Shown in pieces: positions 1 to 10,452 of a DNA stretch of 32,000 nt. The notes under the pieces are model-generated. The model was not told the origin of the DNA, did not search any database, and saw nothing but the letters and a program-made list of their open reading frames with translations. The stretch's first letter is position 1, and each line of letters opens with the position of its first letter. The stretch is taken from the NCBI RefSeq assembly GCF_025021925.1, contig NZ_CP092368.1, positions 120,001-152,000 on the forward strand. Reading direction: 5' to 3'. A program made the position numbers and the translations under genes. Source of the stretch: Candidatus Saccharimonadota bacterium. GTDB taxonomy: Bacteria > Pseudomonadota > Alphaproteobacteria > Rickettsiales > Anaplasmataceae.

Positions 1-168
1 AATGAATTAGGTATTATTTTAGATAAATGTATTCTTTGGCACAGTAATTCTGAGGTAGAGACAATCATCATAAAACAAATGAAACACTTAGAATATGCAA
101 TTACTTGGTTTTTACTTGCCTTATTATGGATGATTATGTGTGTAATTTACTACTTTAAAAATCCTTAA
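1..168 (+). CDS. SURF1-family cytochrome oxidase assembly protein, C-terminal fragment (5' end lies outside the window)
   Basis: Frame +1 is open from base 1 to TAA at 166-168. The translated tail ...IKQMKHLEYAITWFLLALLWMIMCVIYYFKNP carries the conserved H-L-x-Y-A-x-T-W-F motif followed by the C-terminal TM helix typical of SURF1/Shy1. Confidence 0.6.
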   Translation, partial: NELGIILDKCILWHSNSEVETIIIKQMKHLEYAITWFLLALLWMIMCVIYYFKNP

Positions 169-242
169 GGGTATCTCTTGAGATGAGAAACTTATATATG
201 CAAGTATCATATCTTTCTATCTTTTATCTACTCTAAAACACT

Positions 243-1946
243 TCAAGATTCTTTGATCATAATGCTATAATTATCTTTTCTCATGCGATGTTGTAAAGAC
301 ATGACTGTGCTCTCACTCATTCCGCTTAAGCTGAGAGCAGCTCCTCCTAATTGGGATCCTATTTCAGAGACTTCAGGAATAATTTTGCTTGCTCCTAATT
401 TTTTATACATCTCTACATTACTAAGATCTGGTACACGTATTATAATATTAACATGTGGAAAATTCTCTGCAACTAATGAAAGAATTTTTTTGATAGTCAC
501 CTCATTTTTGATTGATACTACAAGAGCTTGAGCTCTTTCAATGCCTATTGATTTGAGAATTTCATATCTTGTAATATCTCCAAGATATATAGGAAAGCTT
601 TCACTTTTTCCCTCTTTAACGATTTTAGATTGAATATCCACAACTACATAACTGAGATGCTCTGCAGTAAGCATTTTCGTGACTATATATCCTACTTGAC
701 CAAATCCTGCCACTATCACATGATTATATAAATCTTGTGTATCTTTTTCAATAGCATAATTATCTAAGATTGTTTTTTCAGAACTACATAAATTTGCTAT
801 ACAATCTCCTAATCCAGATAAAAGAGGAGTAAAGGCCATTGTTACTGTCGTGACCATCATAAGGATTTGAGCAATTTCAGTAGGCAATACATTAATCTCA
901 TTTGCTAAGCGAAATAATATGAATGCAAATTCACCACCTTGTGCAAGTAGTAAGCCAGCTTGTATTGCAGGAGCAGTTTTAAATCCAAAGAACCTACATA
1001 ACATGTATATTATAGCAGTTTTAACAACAATAAGAAGAATTGATAGTAAAGTAATGAGTAATAATTTATTGACCAATAGTTCAGTATTAATAGACATACC
1101 CACAGTCATAAAAAATAACCCAAGAAATAAATCTTTAAATGGTAAAACTGCTTGCTCTACAGAATGTCTATATTCAGTTTCCGCAACTAATAATCCAGCA
1201 ACAAAAGCTCCTAATGCCATTGATAAATGGAATTGCTCAGTGATAAAAGCTGATCCTAATACTATGAGAAGAGTTGTCGAGATAAAAACTTCATTATTGC
1301 CCATTTTAGCAATTACTGCAAATAAAGGTCTTAATAATAATCTACCAGTTGTAAAAATGAGAACTAATGCAATTGATGCTTGTAATAATGAACCTGCTAA
1401 TGAGCTGAGTAAACTATGCTCAGAATTGCCAGCAAGTAGAGGTAATAAGACTATTAATGGTACTACTGCAAAGTCTTGCATTAGTAGTACTGCTATTGAT
1501 AATCTACCTACTTGACTAGCATGAGATCCTTTTTCTTGTAGAACTTGCAATACTATTGCAGTTGAAGAAAGTGCTAATCCTCCTCCAATTACTACGGAAA
1601 TTTGTGTATTAATACCAAACGCAAGTGCGATGCACCATATTATTATAATCGTCACTATAACTTGTAGAGATCCAAAACCAAAAACATGCATTCGCATAGC
1701 TATCAGACGTTCAAAAGTAAGCTCTAATCCTATTATAAATAATAAAAATACAACACCAAATTCTGCAAAATTATCCATTGCGTCTACTGAATGTATCAAA
1801 TTAAATCCATGAGAACCAATAACTGCACCAGCAACAAAGTACCCTAAGACTGGACTAATATTCATTTTCCAAAATGCTATTACTATAAAAACAGCAGCAG
1901 AGAGTAAGATGATAATATCAGGTAAATGATGAGAGTGATTGTGCAT
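243..1946 (-). CDS. kefB: CPA2-family cation:proton antiporter / glutathione-gated K+ efflux protein (KefB/KefC-like) with C-terminal RCK (TrkA-N) domain
   Basis: 567-aa ORF. It has a polytopic hydrophobic N-terminal roughly 380 aa typical of the Kef/CPA2 fold, then a Rossmann motif VIVAGFGQVGYIV that begins an RCK domain. Confidence 0.85.
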   Translation of the reverse strand: MHNHSHHLPDIIILLSAAVFIVIAFWKMNISPVLGYFVAGAVIGSHGFNLIHSVDAMDNFAEFGVVFLLFIIGLELTFERLIAMRMHVFGFGSLQVIVTIIIIWCIALAFGINTQISVVIGGGLALSSTAIVLQVLQEKGSHASQVGRLSIAVLLMQDFAVVPLIVLLPLLAGNSEHSLLSSLAGSLLQASIALVLIFTTGRLLLRPLFAVIAKMGNNEVFISTTLLIVLGSAFITEQFHLSMALGAFVAGLLVAETEYRHSVEQAVLPFKDLFLGLFFMTVGMSINTELLVNKLLLITLLSILLIVVKTAIIYMLCRFFGFKTAPAIQAGLLLAQGGEFAFILFRLANEINVLPTEIAQILMMVTTVTMAFTPLLSGLGDCIANLCSSEKTILDNYAIEKDTQDLYNHVIVAGFGQVGYIVTKMLTAEHLSYVVVDIQSKIVKEGKSESFPIYLGDITRYEILKSIGIERAQALVVSIKNEVTIKKILSLVAENFPHVNIIIRVPDLSNVEMYKKLGASKIIPEVSEIGSQLGGAALSLSGMSESTVMSLQHRMRKDNYSIMIKES

Positions 1947-1955
1947 GTAATACCT

Positions 1956-2525
1956 CTATGTAACATGAGACCATTTGATTGAACATCCAATACTTGATGT
2001 TTGAATCAAGGGTGCATGATTTGTTTCTGCAATTAATTTCATAGCTTTAAATAATTCACTACTTCCTACTATATAGTTATGTTCTTTTTCTTTTGAAGTC
2101 TCATTAAAACGTCCACGATAACATAGCTTTAAATAAGAATTAAAACCAAAAAAGTCAGGAGTACAGACAGCACTATAAGCTCTAGCTATTTTCTGTGTAC
2201 TATCAATTAAATATGGAAAGGTAAAATTATTTTTATGGGCAAATGTAATCATATTGATAAAAGAATCTTCTGGATATAGCTGAATATCATTTGACATAAT
2301 AGCCACTGAATTTACTTGATACTCTTGTCTGAGTAATTCTACATCTTTGACTATATCTTGAATAATTGATAGAACGTAAGGACAATGATTACATATAAAC
2401 ATGACAATCAGACCATTTACACCAGAACAATCATTGAGAGTATGATGCTTGCCATCTACTCCTAATAGATTAAAATCCTGTGCAACAAAAGTAAAATCTG
2501 CTTTAGGAGCATCAAGAGCGACCAT
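1956..2525 (-). CDS. thioredoxin-fold redoxin (AhpC/TSA-like family) with CxxC active site
   Basis: 189-aa ORF with GLIVMFICNHCPYV (C-N-H-C) in the position of a redoxin active site. It ends 9 nt upstream of the kefB start, so the two genes are probably co-transcribed. Confidence 0.75.
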   Translation of the reverse strand: MVALDAPKADFTFVAQDFNLLGVDGKHHTLNDCSGVNGLIVMFICNHCPYVLSIIQDIVKDVELLRQEYQVNSVAIMSNDIQLYPEDSFINMITFAHKNNFTFPYLIDSTQKIARAYSAVCTPDFFGFNSYLKLCYRGRFNETSKEKEHNYIVGSSELFKAMKLIAETNHAPLIQTSSIGCSIKWSHVT

Positions 2526-2647
2526 ATTGATAGATGAACAACGATAGTATAATATACAAATATAATCTTACCAAGTAAGTGTCAAATAATTTTTCTATAT
2601 ACTTTGAATATATTCTTCTAATATACTATCTTCAATAGTAAATCTTT

Positions 2648-3274
2648 ATGTTTATAACTTTTGAAGGAATAGATGGTTCTGGTAAAACAACACAATCCAA
2701 GCTCATCGCAAATTATTTTAGACAAATTCTAGGTGAACATCATGTAGTGTTAACTAGAGAACCAGGAGGAACTCTTTTTGCAGAAGAGATACGAAAGATA
2801 TTATTAAAAAATAATATTGCACCTCTCTCTGAGCTTCTGCTGTTATTATCACTCAGATATGAACATATGAATAAAATCATCCTACCATCTCTTGAGAAAG
2901 GTAAGATAGTAATTTGTGATCGCTTTATTGATTCCACTATAGCATATCAGGGATATGCTCTTGGTCTTGACTTGGATTTAATCAGATATTTACATCAATT
3001 AGTAAAAATACAATATCCAGATATGACGTTTGTATTAGATATAGAGATTGCAATGGGATTAAAGAGAACAAAAATCAAAACTAAATATGAAAAGATGAAT
3101 AGATCTCTCTATGAGAAAGTACGGATGGGATTTCAAAAAATAGCTATAAAAGAGCCTAAAAGATGCATTCTGATCTCTCATATTGAAGATAAATGTCAAA
3201 ATCAAGTATATAGAGAAATTGTTAGTTACTTACAACACTCTTCTTTAAGAAGAATTTATTCTATTACTAAGTAA
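2648..3274 (+). CDS. tmk: thymidylate kinase
   Basis: P-loop FITFEGIDGSGKTT, TREPGGT and the DRF(I)DST motif; 208 aa. Confidence 0.93.
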   Translation: MFITFEGIDGSGKTTQSKLIANYFRQILGEHHVVLTREPGGTLFAEEIRKILLKNNIAPLSELLLLLSLRYEHMNKIILPSLEKGKIVICDRFIDSTIAYQGYALGLDLDLIRYLHQLVKIQYPDMTFVLDIEIAMGLKRTKIKTKYEKMNRSLYEKVRMGFQKIAIKEPKRCILISHIEDKCQNQVYREIVSYLQHSSLRRIYSITK

Positions 3275-3358
3275 AATATTATATCATTACTTTGAAGATC
3301 TTAAATTTAATGTTCAGTATTATCTCATTATGTTTAATATATTGAAATAATATTTACA

Positions 3359-5200
3359 TTAATAAAAAAAGAAGGAGGATTTTTGTGGCATATTTTGTGT
3401 TTTATTATCTTCTTTAATCATTTTTTTACCTTTTAATATCTCTTGTATATCGTTTCCGGTTAAAGTTTCGAATTCCAGTAGATTCTGAGCAATTAAATCT
3501 AAGTTGTCTTTATGTGTATTCAAAATCTCTTTTGCTTGTTCATAACAAATAGAAATAATGCGTTTGACTTCTGAATCTATAAGTTGCAATTTATCTTCAG
3601 AAATGATATCAGGGCCTTGCATACTGTCACGATTGTTATTATAACATACTGGACCTATCATTTCACTCATTCCCCATTTTGTAACCATAGCACGAGATAA
3701 ATCAGATGCTTGTTTTATGTCAGAAGATGCTCCACTTGTTACCTTATCATAACCGAAAATTAACTCTTCTGATACCCTTCCACCCATAGCTACTGTGATA
3801 TCTGCTATCATTTTTTCCCTTGTAAGAGCTACTCTATCTGTTTCAGGTAATCTCATAACTAAACCTAATGCTTGACCTCTAGGAATAATAGTCACTTTAT
3901 GTATAGGATCGGAAGCAGGCATATTCACAGCAATAATAGCATGACCAGCTTCATGGTATGCAGTCAACTTTTTTTCTTCTTCTGTCATCATGATAGATCG
4001 TCTTTCTACTCCCATCATCACCTTATCACGAGCATATTCAAAATCGTCCATAGTAACAATTCTTTTGTTTCTTCTTGCAGCTATGAGAGCAGACTCATTT
4101 ACCAAATTTGCAAGATCAGCACCTGAAAAACCAGGTGTCCCTCTTGCAACTATTTTTAAATTTACATCTGGTGCCAGAGAGATTTTTTTAATATGAGTAT
4201 TTAATATTTTCTCACGTCCATTTATATCAGGTAAAGAAATATTGATCTGTCGATCAAATCTCCCTGGTCTCAAAAGAGCTGGATCTAAAACATCTGGTCT
4301 ATTAGTTGCTGCAATGATGATGACACCTTCATTAGACTCAAAACCATCCATTTCAACTAATAACTGATTAAGTGTTTGTTCTCTTTCATCATTACCACCG
4401 CCTAACCCAATACCACGATGACGACCTACTGCATCTATTTCGTCTATAAAAATTATACAAGGAGCATTTTTCTTACCTTGATCAAACATATCACGTACAC
4501 GACTTGCACCCACACCTACAAACATTTCAACAAAATCAGAACCAGAAATGCTAAAAAATGGCACATTAGCTTCTCCAGCAATTGCACGAGCAAGCAGGGT
4601 CTTACCAGTGCCTGGAGAGCCAATTAAAAGACATCCTTTTGGAATCTTACCACCTAGTACTTGAAATTTCTCCCTGTGCTTTAAAAAATCAACGATTTCT
4701 ATAAGTTCTTCTTTTGCTTCATCAATACCAGCGACATCATTAAATGTCACTTTTGTTCCAATTGTCATGAGCCGAGCTCTGGATTTTCCAAAGCTCATTG
4801 TTCTACTACCACCTGCTTGTGTTTGTTTTAAAAGGAATAATAACAATCCTATAAAAATAAAGGTTGGAATCCAAGAGATCAATAATCCCCCAAGAATACT
4901 CATTGCAGAGTCTCCAGTTGAGAAAGAAAAATGTACCTTTTTATCATGTAGCATTTTTATCAATTCACTATATATAACTCCACTTGAAGAAAAACCTGAA
5001 CCATCAAGAAATTTCCCTTCAATATTTTGATTTCTAATAATAATGCTATCTACATCATTATTGTCTAATCTAGTTAAAAACTCAGAAAATGGTATAGTAA
5101 TTTTTTTGCTTTCTATACTTCCGTGGAATTGAATATATGCAACTGAAATAAGTACTATAATGACCAACCAAATTAACAAGCCTTCTAAAAATTTTTTCAT
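3359..5200 (-). CDS. ftsH: ATP-dependent zinc metalloprotease FtsH
   Basis: Two N-terminal TM segments, AAA Walker [19 protein letters not shown], Walker [13 protein letters not shown] region and zinc motif HEAGHAI; 613 aa. Confidence 0.97.
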   Translation of the reverse strand: MKKFLEGLLIWLVIIVLISVAYIQFHGSIESKKITIPFSEFLTRLDNNDVDSIIIRNQNIEGKFLDGSGFSSSGVIYSELIKMLHDKKVHFSFSTGDSAMSILGGLLISWIPTFIFIGLLLFLLKQTQAGGSRTMSFGKSRARLMTIGTKVTFNDVAGIDEAKEELIEIVDFLKHREKFQVLGGKIPKGCLLIGSPGTGKTLLARAIAGEANVPFFSISGSDFVEMFVGVGASRVRDMFDQGKKNAPCIIFIDEIDAVGRHRGIGLGGGNDEREQTLNQLLVEMDGFESNEGVIIIAATNRPDVLDPALLRPGRFDRQINISLPDINGREKILNTHIKKISLAPDVNLKIVARGTPGFSGADLANLVNESALIAARRNKRIVTMDDFEYARDKVMMGVERRSIMMTEEEKKLTAYHEAGHAIIAVNMPASDPIHKVTIIPRGQALGLVMRLPETDRVALTREKMIADITVAMGGRVSEELIFGYDKVTSGASSDIKQASDLSRAMVTKWGMSEMIGPVCYNNNRDSMQGPDIISEDKLQLIDSEVKRIISICYEQAKEILNTHKDNLDLIAQNLLEFETLTGNDIQEILKGKKMIKEDNKTQNMPQKSSFFFY

Positions 5201-5212
5201 TCTTATTTTTTA

Positions 5213-6517
5213 CTAAATACCAATCAAGGTTACCAAATTTTGTTTTATTATGCTATCAATAATACAATGACAATGATTCCCAGTCATATCCTGTTTTGTA
5301 CAAATAATTTGAGGATAAGCAATAATCTTTGTATCTAGCATTACCACAGGTAATGTAAATATTACTTCATGATGACAATCATAACTTTCTCTTAAATACT
5401 TAGGAAGTGTTCTTGTAATTTGTCCTAAAGGTGCAAGAGTTACTGAGCATTCTGATATATTACCTAGTATTGAGCATTGAAATCTATTATCCCATATAAC
5501 AGACTCTGTGACTGGTACAGTAAGAACTATGCTTTTTATCTTTGATATTTCACGCAATATTAAAATATACTCTCTATATTTCTTGATTTTACATCCAGAT
5601 AAAGTACAAGTAAGATTACTATCTTTCTGTAAGATTTTACTGAATATTTTATTGATACTATCAAATCTTGGTTTGTACAAGGCATTGCCAATTATCATAA
5701 TAGAATACACAAGGATTCTGAGTGACATCTCTTCTGGTAACTGATCAAATGCGCTAAGTTTAATTGCAATATATCCAAGATCATGTAAGAGCACATGTTT
5801 ATTAAATTCTATATTTAAATAATATTTTAATGCTTTTATAGCTCTTCTAGCATGCAAAGCTGTTAGACAGATTCTATCTGTTAACATCTTTTGATTACTA
5901 CTGATATGTAATAATTTGCGATATAAAGTACGCTTATATTTTACATCTAAATTACTTTTATCTTCTCTCCATTTCAGATTGTAATAAAGTGCATATTCTT
6001 CTATATTATTACGAGAAAAATCTAATAATGGTCTGATAATATATATACCATTACACAAAGATTTATAATTCATCGATGATAATCCATCTAATCCGCTCCC
6101 TCGTTCCAATCTCAATAAAAATGTTTCCGCTTGATCATCTTTATGATGAGCTATAAATAGTTGTTTTATATTATTATTTTTACACCATCCTATTAATAAT
6201 TGATATCTCGCATCTCTTGCTTGTGCTTGAATATTATTTTTAATATTCTGACCTTGCCATTCTAATATTAATGCTTTTTGTACACCAAATTCTTTTGCAT
6301 AGTGTATAATAAACTGGGCATCTTGACTTGATTCAAGTCGAATACCATGATTTACTGTGAGTACTATAGGTAATGGATAGTGACATTTTTTAGTCCAGTT
6401 TGTAATTAAATGTAGTAAGACAACACTATCTATTCCACCTGATACTGCAACTGCCAATTCATTATTATGAGAAGCCAAGTGATTAATTTTATTTTGAAAG
6501 AGACGTTCTAATTTCAT
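5213..6517 (-). CDS. tilS: tRNA(Ile)-lysidine synthase
   Basis: PP-loop [15 protein letters not shown] near the N-terminus and 434 aa. It ends 12 nt upstream of ftsH, a conserved tilS-ftsH arrangement. Confidence 0.9.
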   Translation of the reverse strand: MKLERLFQNKINHLASHNNELAVAVSGGIDSVVLLHLITNWTKKCHYPLPIVLTVNHGIRLESSQDAQFIIHYAKEFGVQKALILEWQGQNIKNNIQAQARDARYQLLIGWCKNNNIKQLFIAHHKDDQAETFLLRLERGSGLDGLSSMNYKSLCNGIYIIRPLLDFSRNNIEEYALYYNLKWREDKSNLDVKYKRTLYRKLLHISSNQKMLTDRICLTALHARRAIKALKYYLNIEFNKHVLLHDLGYIAIKLSAFDQLPEEMSLRILVYSIMIIGNALYKPRFDSINKIFSKILQKDSNLTCTLSGCKIKKYREYILILREISKIKSIVLTVPVTESVIWDNRFQCSILGNISECSVTLAPLGQITRTLPKYLRESYDCHHEVIFTLPVVMLDTKIIAYPQIICTKQDMTGNHCHCIIDSIIKQNLVTLIGI

Positions 6518-7228
6518 ATCTATCTTTATAATCTTAATGTATTCTACAGTTGAATATTATTTTGTAGATAGCAATATACCTAAAAGAATTCAAGCTGTGA
6601 TTGATCATGATAATGATATCGTAAAGATAATGTTCAAGATCAAATTTCCTTATAATCGTTCTAGATATATTGATCAATATATACTCAAGATATCTGATGA
6701 AAATATATCTTCATATATATACAAATCATTCATATATTTAAAGACAGAAATATATAAGAATCAGTGCTAAAAAAAGATCGTTATATCATACATATATTCC
6801 TTATCTCGAAGATTAAAATGCAATGTACTTTAAATTAAGAGTTTATTATTTTCAGCCTTATTATTTCTATAGCATTAGTTATAGATCTGATAATGCAACA
6901 CTAATTATACCTATACATTATGTAATATATTGCGATTAGATTTTATATTCTCTACTAGCAAGATATTACTAAACACATATTATATTTTTGCTCTTACGAT
7001 CATAAAAATAATCATAGCGTAATTCAGTACAATACATTCTTTTAATTAAAAACATTATACTAAAATACTGAGATACAATTTTCTAAAAATTATTATGAAT
7101 GTATATAAAAATATTATTAAAAGTAAAAATATAATTTTTATTATCACATAGATATAGAAATATACTGTTTTATTGTACTTTTACTATATTATAGAATGAG
7201 GTATTATCCCATATGAATAAATTGCAAT

Positions 7229-8662
7229 ATGAAATCTTATAAGTTTTTAGAAGAAGTATTATCTAAAATACAGAATATAAAAAATATACTTAAAGTGCTA
7301 AATCAAAGCCAGTTGGCTTTAGAGGAAAAAATACAGCAAATCAGTCTTTTAGAAGAGATTAGACATGAAATGATCTCTCATAATATAATACAGGAATCAT
7401 TAGAAGAAGCAGATGCTATAATCATTAAGAATAAGGGTATACAAGATTTAAAACTAAAATTAATAGAGAGAATACACAGAAGCAATAGAGCTGTTCCAAT
7501 ACACTTAGTTAAAACTCTGTCTAAAACTAAAGTAGAATGTCACGCTTTATGGTGTTTATCTCATACTGAAGTCAGTCATTTGAATAAACTAAAAGAAAGG
7601 TTTGCAGAGTTAATTAAACTCACTCGTGAAGTCGCTGCTATCAAATCACAACAACTACAATGTTCAGAATATGATGTGCTTCTTTCAGAATATGATTCAG
7701 ATATTAAAGAAGCAAATATTAAGGAAATATTTCCTAAAATAGGAAAATTCTTTAGTGATAATATAGATCAAGTAATTGAACAATATAAGAAAGATAAGAC
7801 TATGCATATGCAAAAAGTGCCTATACATAAACAGATTGCACTTGGATCTTATTATTTACAGAAGATAGGTATTGCATTGCATGATGTGAATACTGCATAT
7901 CATGTACCTATTAGGTATCATGAATCTGATTTTTGCTCTAACTTGTTTTCAACATTGCGATTGAGTGGGTATGCAATGTGCCAGAAATACTTAATTAGTA
8001 ATTCTATTACTAGTCTCATCACACGAGATATTATGTATGAAATGCATGGTCTCTTTATGGAGAAGATGATAGGGAAATCGAGAGAATTCATAGAGTTTAT
8101 TCATCCATATATAAAAGAAAAATTTGCTATAAAAGGTAAGTGTAACATAAATGTCAGTAATATAGAAAATTTACATTTACTTTTTCATAAAGTGAACCTC
8201 TCTTCATCATTACAACAGATCGATGAGTTTAGTTTGTTAGGACATATTATGTTAAGAACAAAACTCGAACAAGATCTCATACGTGGTACATTAGACATTC
8301 AAGATTTACATAATGCATGGATAGAAGGTATGAAGCATTACAAAATTCCAATAAAAGTAAAAAATGAACTTGATACTTACTTGCAAGATGAATACTGGGT
8401 ACGAGGTATGATAGGTTATTTTCCTATCAAAATGATATCATTAATGTCTGCTATACAAATCTTTTTATTTATTAAACTTCATCATACTGAATCTTTAAAT
8501 TCTATCATAAAAGGAGATTTTAGTCTATTAATCAATTGGTTATCCAATAATGTATACAATACAAAATCTACATTTTTAGATATGCTAAAAAAAGTGACAG
8601 GCAATGGCTTAGACATCGAGAGTTGTACTAGATATTTATCTCATAATTATCATCTTTCTTAA
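7229..8662 (+). CDS. M32 (Taq-type) carboxypeptidase homologue lacking the HExxH zinc motif (probable pseudoenzyme)
   Basis: Family blocks are recognisable: HVPIRYHESDF (ITTRY.E.DF), YEMHGLFMEKMIGKSREFIEFIHPYIKEKF (HESQSRLWEN.VGRS..FW...P.L...F), IDEFSLLGHIMLRTKLEQDLIRGTLDIQDL (ADE.TY.LHI.LR.ELE..L..G.L...DL) and YLQDEYWVRGMIGYFP (QD.HW..G.FGYFP). The expected HExxH position reads RLSGY (aa 244-248, nt 7958-7972). Confidence 0.8.
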   Translation: MKSYKFLEEVLSKIQNIKNILKVLNQSQLALEEKIQQISLLEEIRHEMISHNIIQESLEEADAIIIKNKGIQDLKLKLIERIHRSNRAVPIHLVKTLSKTKVECHALWCLSHTEVSHLNKLKERFAELIKLTREVAAIKSQQLQCSEYDVLLSEYDSDIKEANIKEIFPKIGKFFSDNIDQVIEQYKKDKTMHMQKVPIHKQIALGSYYLQKIGIALHDVNTAYHVPIRYHESDFCSNLFSTLRLSGYAMCQKYLISNSITSLITRDIMYEMHGLFMEKMIGKSREFIEFIHPYIKEKFAIKGKCNINVSNIENLHLLFHKVNLSSSLQQIDEFSLLGHIMLRTKLEQDLIRGTLDIQDLHNAWIEGMKHYKIPIKVKNELDTYLQDEYWVRGMIGYFPIKMISLMSAIQIFLFIKLHHTESLNSIIKGDFSLLINWLSNNVYNTKSTFLDMLKKVTGNGLDIESCTRYLSHNYHLS

Positions 8663-9240
8663 AATGAAATGATTTTCTACACTAGAATCATTATTAGGTT
8701 AGGATAGGAATGAAATTTGTAGAGAGATGAGAATCACATAATAGCTATTATTACAGTAACATATAATGATCATAAATTTTATGAGAGATAGTAAAAAAGC
8801 ACAAAGTCAAAGTATGATAAAAACAGGATATTTAATATATAATATGAGACAGGGAATTTATAATTCTGATATCAAGTATATCACATAAACTTATAAATCT
8901 TCAATTGTTATGCTCTTTAATTGTGAAGATCATCACACTGATTCAGTACATTATGATTTTTGATAACGTCTTAATACTCTATACATTAAGCGAGTCATTT
9001 TTATCCTAACATGAGTATTATATAATTGACATAATAGTCAAATAAATAGATATTTTATGTCAACATTGACAATTTATATCGATATTTATCTTAACAAATA
9101 TATGAGATTGATGTTTATCGCAAAGAAAAATCACTAAGAATCAAAATGCTTGTTGTTATACAAATTCACATCATAATCAATATAAAGGAATATAATAATC
9201 ACAATGATATATATTGATTTATTAGAGATTTATATCCTTA

Positions 9241-10362
9241 ATGAAGGTAATGATGATTACAGAATTTAATATTGAGGATCTCTTACAAGATAAAGCACCA
9301 CATCAAACTAAAGTTGTAGTCGCAATGTCAGGAGGAGTAGACAGCGCTGTAGCGGCTTCACTACTACATGCCCTAGGATATCAAGTAATAGGAATCACGA
9401 TGCAACTCTATAATACTGAAATAACTAGTATAAAAAAAAGTGCATGTTGTGCTGGAAGGGATATTTATGATGCTAAGCGTGTGGCTGATAGTATTGGATT
9501 TCCTCATTATATTTTAAATTATGAAGCAGTCTTCAAAAAAGAAGTAATAGAATATTTTATCAATAGCTATGTGCATGGCGAAACTCCCGTACCATGTATA
9601 AAATGTAATCAAACAGTAAAATTTCGTGATCTCTTGCAGGTCACAAAAAATCTTGATGCAGATGTGCTAGTGACGGGACATTATGTGAGAAGACTAGAAC
9701 AAAATGGCAAAGTCAAACTGTATACAAGTATAGATAAAAAAAAGGATCAGAGCTACTTTCTCTTTTCTATTACAGAGCAACAGTTACAGTTTTTAAGATT
9801 TCCATTAGGATGGTTTTATAAAAATGACATTAGAAAATTAGCACAATACTTTGGTTTACAAATCTTTGATAAACCGGATAGTCAAGATATTTGCTTTGTT
9901 TCTGAGAGTTATAACAAAACAATTGCTCATTTAGCTCCTGCATCTATTCAGAAAGGCACAATTATAGATACTGAAGGAAAAATATTAGGTGAGCATAATG
10001 GTATAATAAATTTCACAATAGGTCAAAGAAAAGGTTTAGGTCTGAACTCTCATATACCTCTATATGTGATTAGACTAGATATAGAAAATAACCAAGTAAT
10101 AGTTGGTACAATAAATTATTTAATGCAAAAAAAAATATTTATTAAAGAGTTAAATTGGTTAGAAAAACCAAAGCAAGATATGACAGTACTTGTTAAATTA
10201 AGATCATCACATACAGGTAGCTTAGCAACAATACATGCAAGTGAAGAACAAAATACAGCATGTATTACATTACACGATAACCACTTTGGTATTAGTCCAG
10301 GTCAAGCATGTGTTGCATATAAAGATGAGCAAGTAATGGGAGGTGGATGGATATATATTTAA
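9241..10362 (+). CDS. mnmA: tRNA-specific 2-thiouridylase (tRNA U34 2-thiolation)
   Basis: PP-loop VVVAMSGGVDSAVAA, CCAGRD, catalytic-Cys context PCIKCN and DSQDICF; 373 aa. The start could be one of the nearby ATGs (9250/9253). Confidence 0.95.
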   Translation: MKVMMITEFNIEDLLQDKAPHQTKVVVAMSGGVDSAVAASLLHALGYQVIGITMQLYNTEITSIKKSACCAGRDIYDAKRVADSIGFPHYILNYEAVFKKEVIEYFINSYVHGETPVPCIKCNQTVKFRDLLQVTKNLDADVLVTGHYVRRLEQNGKVKLYTSIDKKKDQSYFLFSITEQQLQFLRFPLGWFYKNDIRKLAQYFGLQIFDKPDSQDICFVSESYNKTIAHLAPASIQKGTIIDTEGKILGEHNGIINFTIGQRKGLGLNSHIPLYVIRLDIENNQVIVGTINYLMQKKIFIKELNWLEKPKQDMTVLVKLRSSHTGSLATIHASEEQNTACITLHDNHFGISPGQACVAYKDEQVMGGGWIYI

Positions 10363-10452
10363 CTATGTTATACATGACTGATAAATAAATATAGAAATTT
10401 GTATTAGTATATTATATTCTTTCTTAATGGTTTTATAGGGATAACTCTTAAT

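Noticed and set aside
919-1515. A 198-aa ORF on the plus strand, plus the 283-531 and 1630-1812 ORFs, inside the kefB locus.
   Set aside because: These are antisense shadow ORFs within a clearly homologous Kef/CPA2 gene. Their translations are low-complexity (N/T/K/I-rich) with no recognisable motifs.
3872-5030. Four plus-strand ORFs (3872-4126, 3990-4196, 4418-4627, 4767-5030) overlapping ftsH.
   Set aside because: They are antisense to an unambiguous FtsH coding sequence and have no family motifs. Such chance ORFs are typical opposite a long gene.
6537-6770. A 77-aa ORF in the tilS-M32 spacer.
   Set aside because: It has no recognisable motif, a composition typical of translated AT-rich non-coding DNA (Y/I/K/N-rich), and no evident ribosome-binding site. 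It could be real, but I cannot support it from sequence alone.
6911-6945. A dif-like (XerC/D) sequence around acattatgtaatatattgcgat.
   Set aside because: Compared with the proteobacterial dif consensus as I recall it (GGTGCGCATAATGTATATTATGTTAAAT), only about two-thirds of positions match and the arms do not align in register. This is not convincing in AT-rich DNA.
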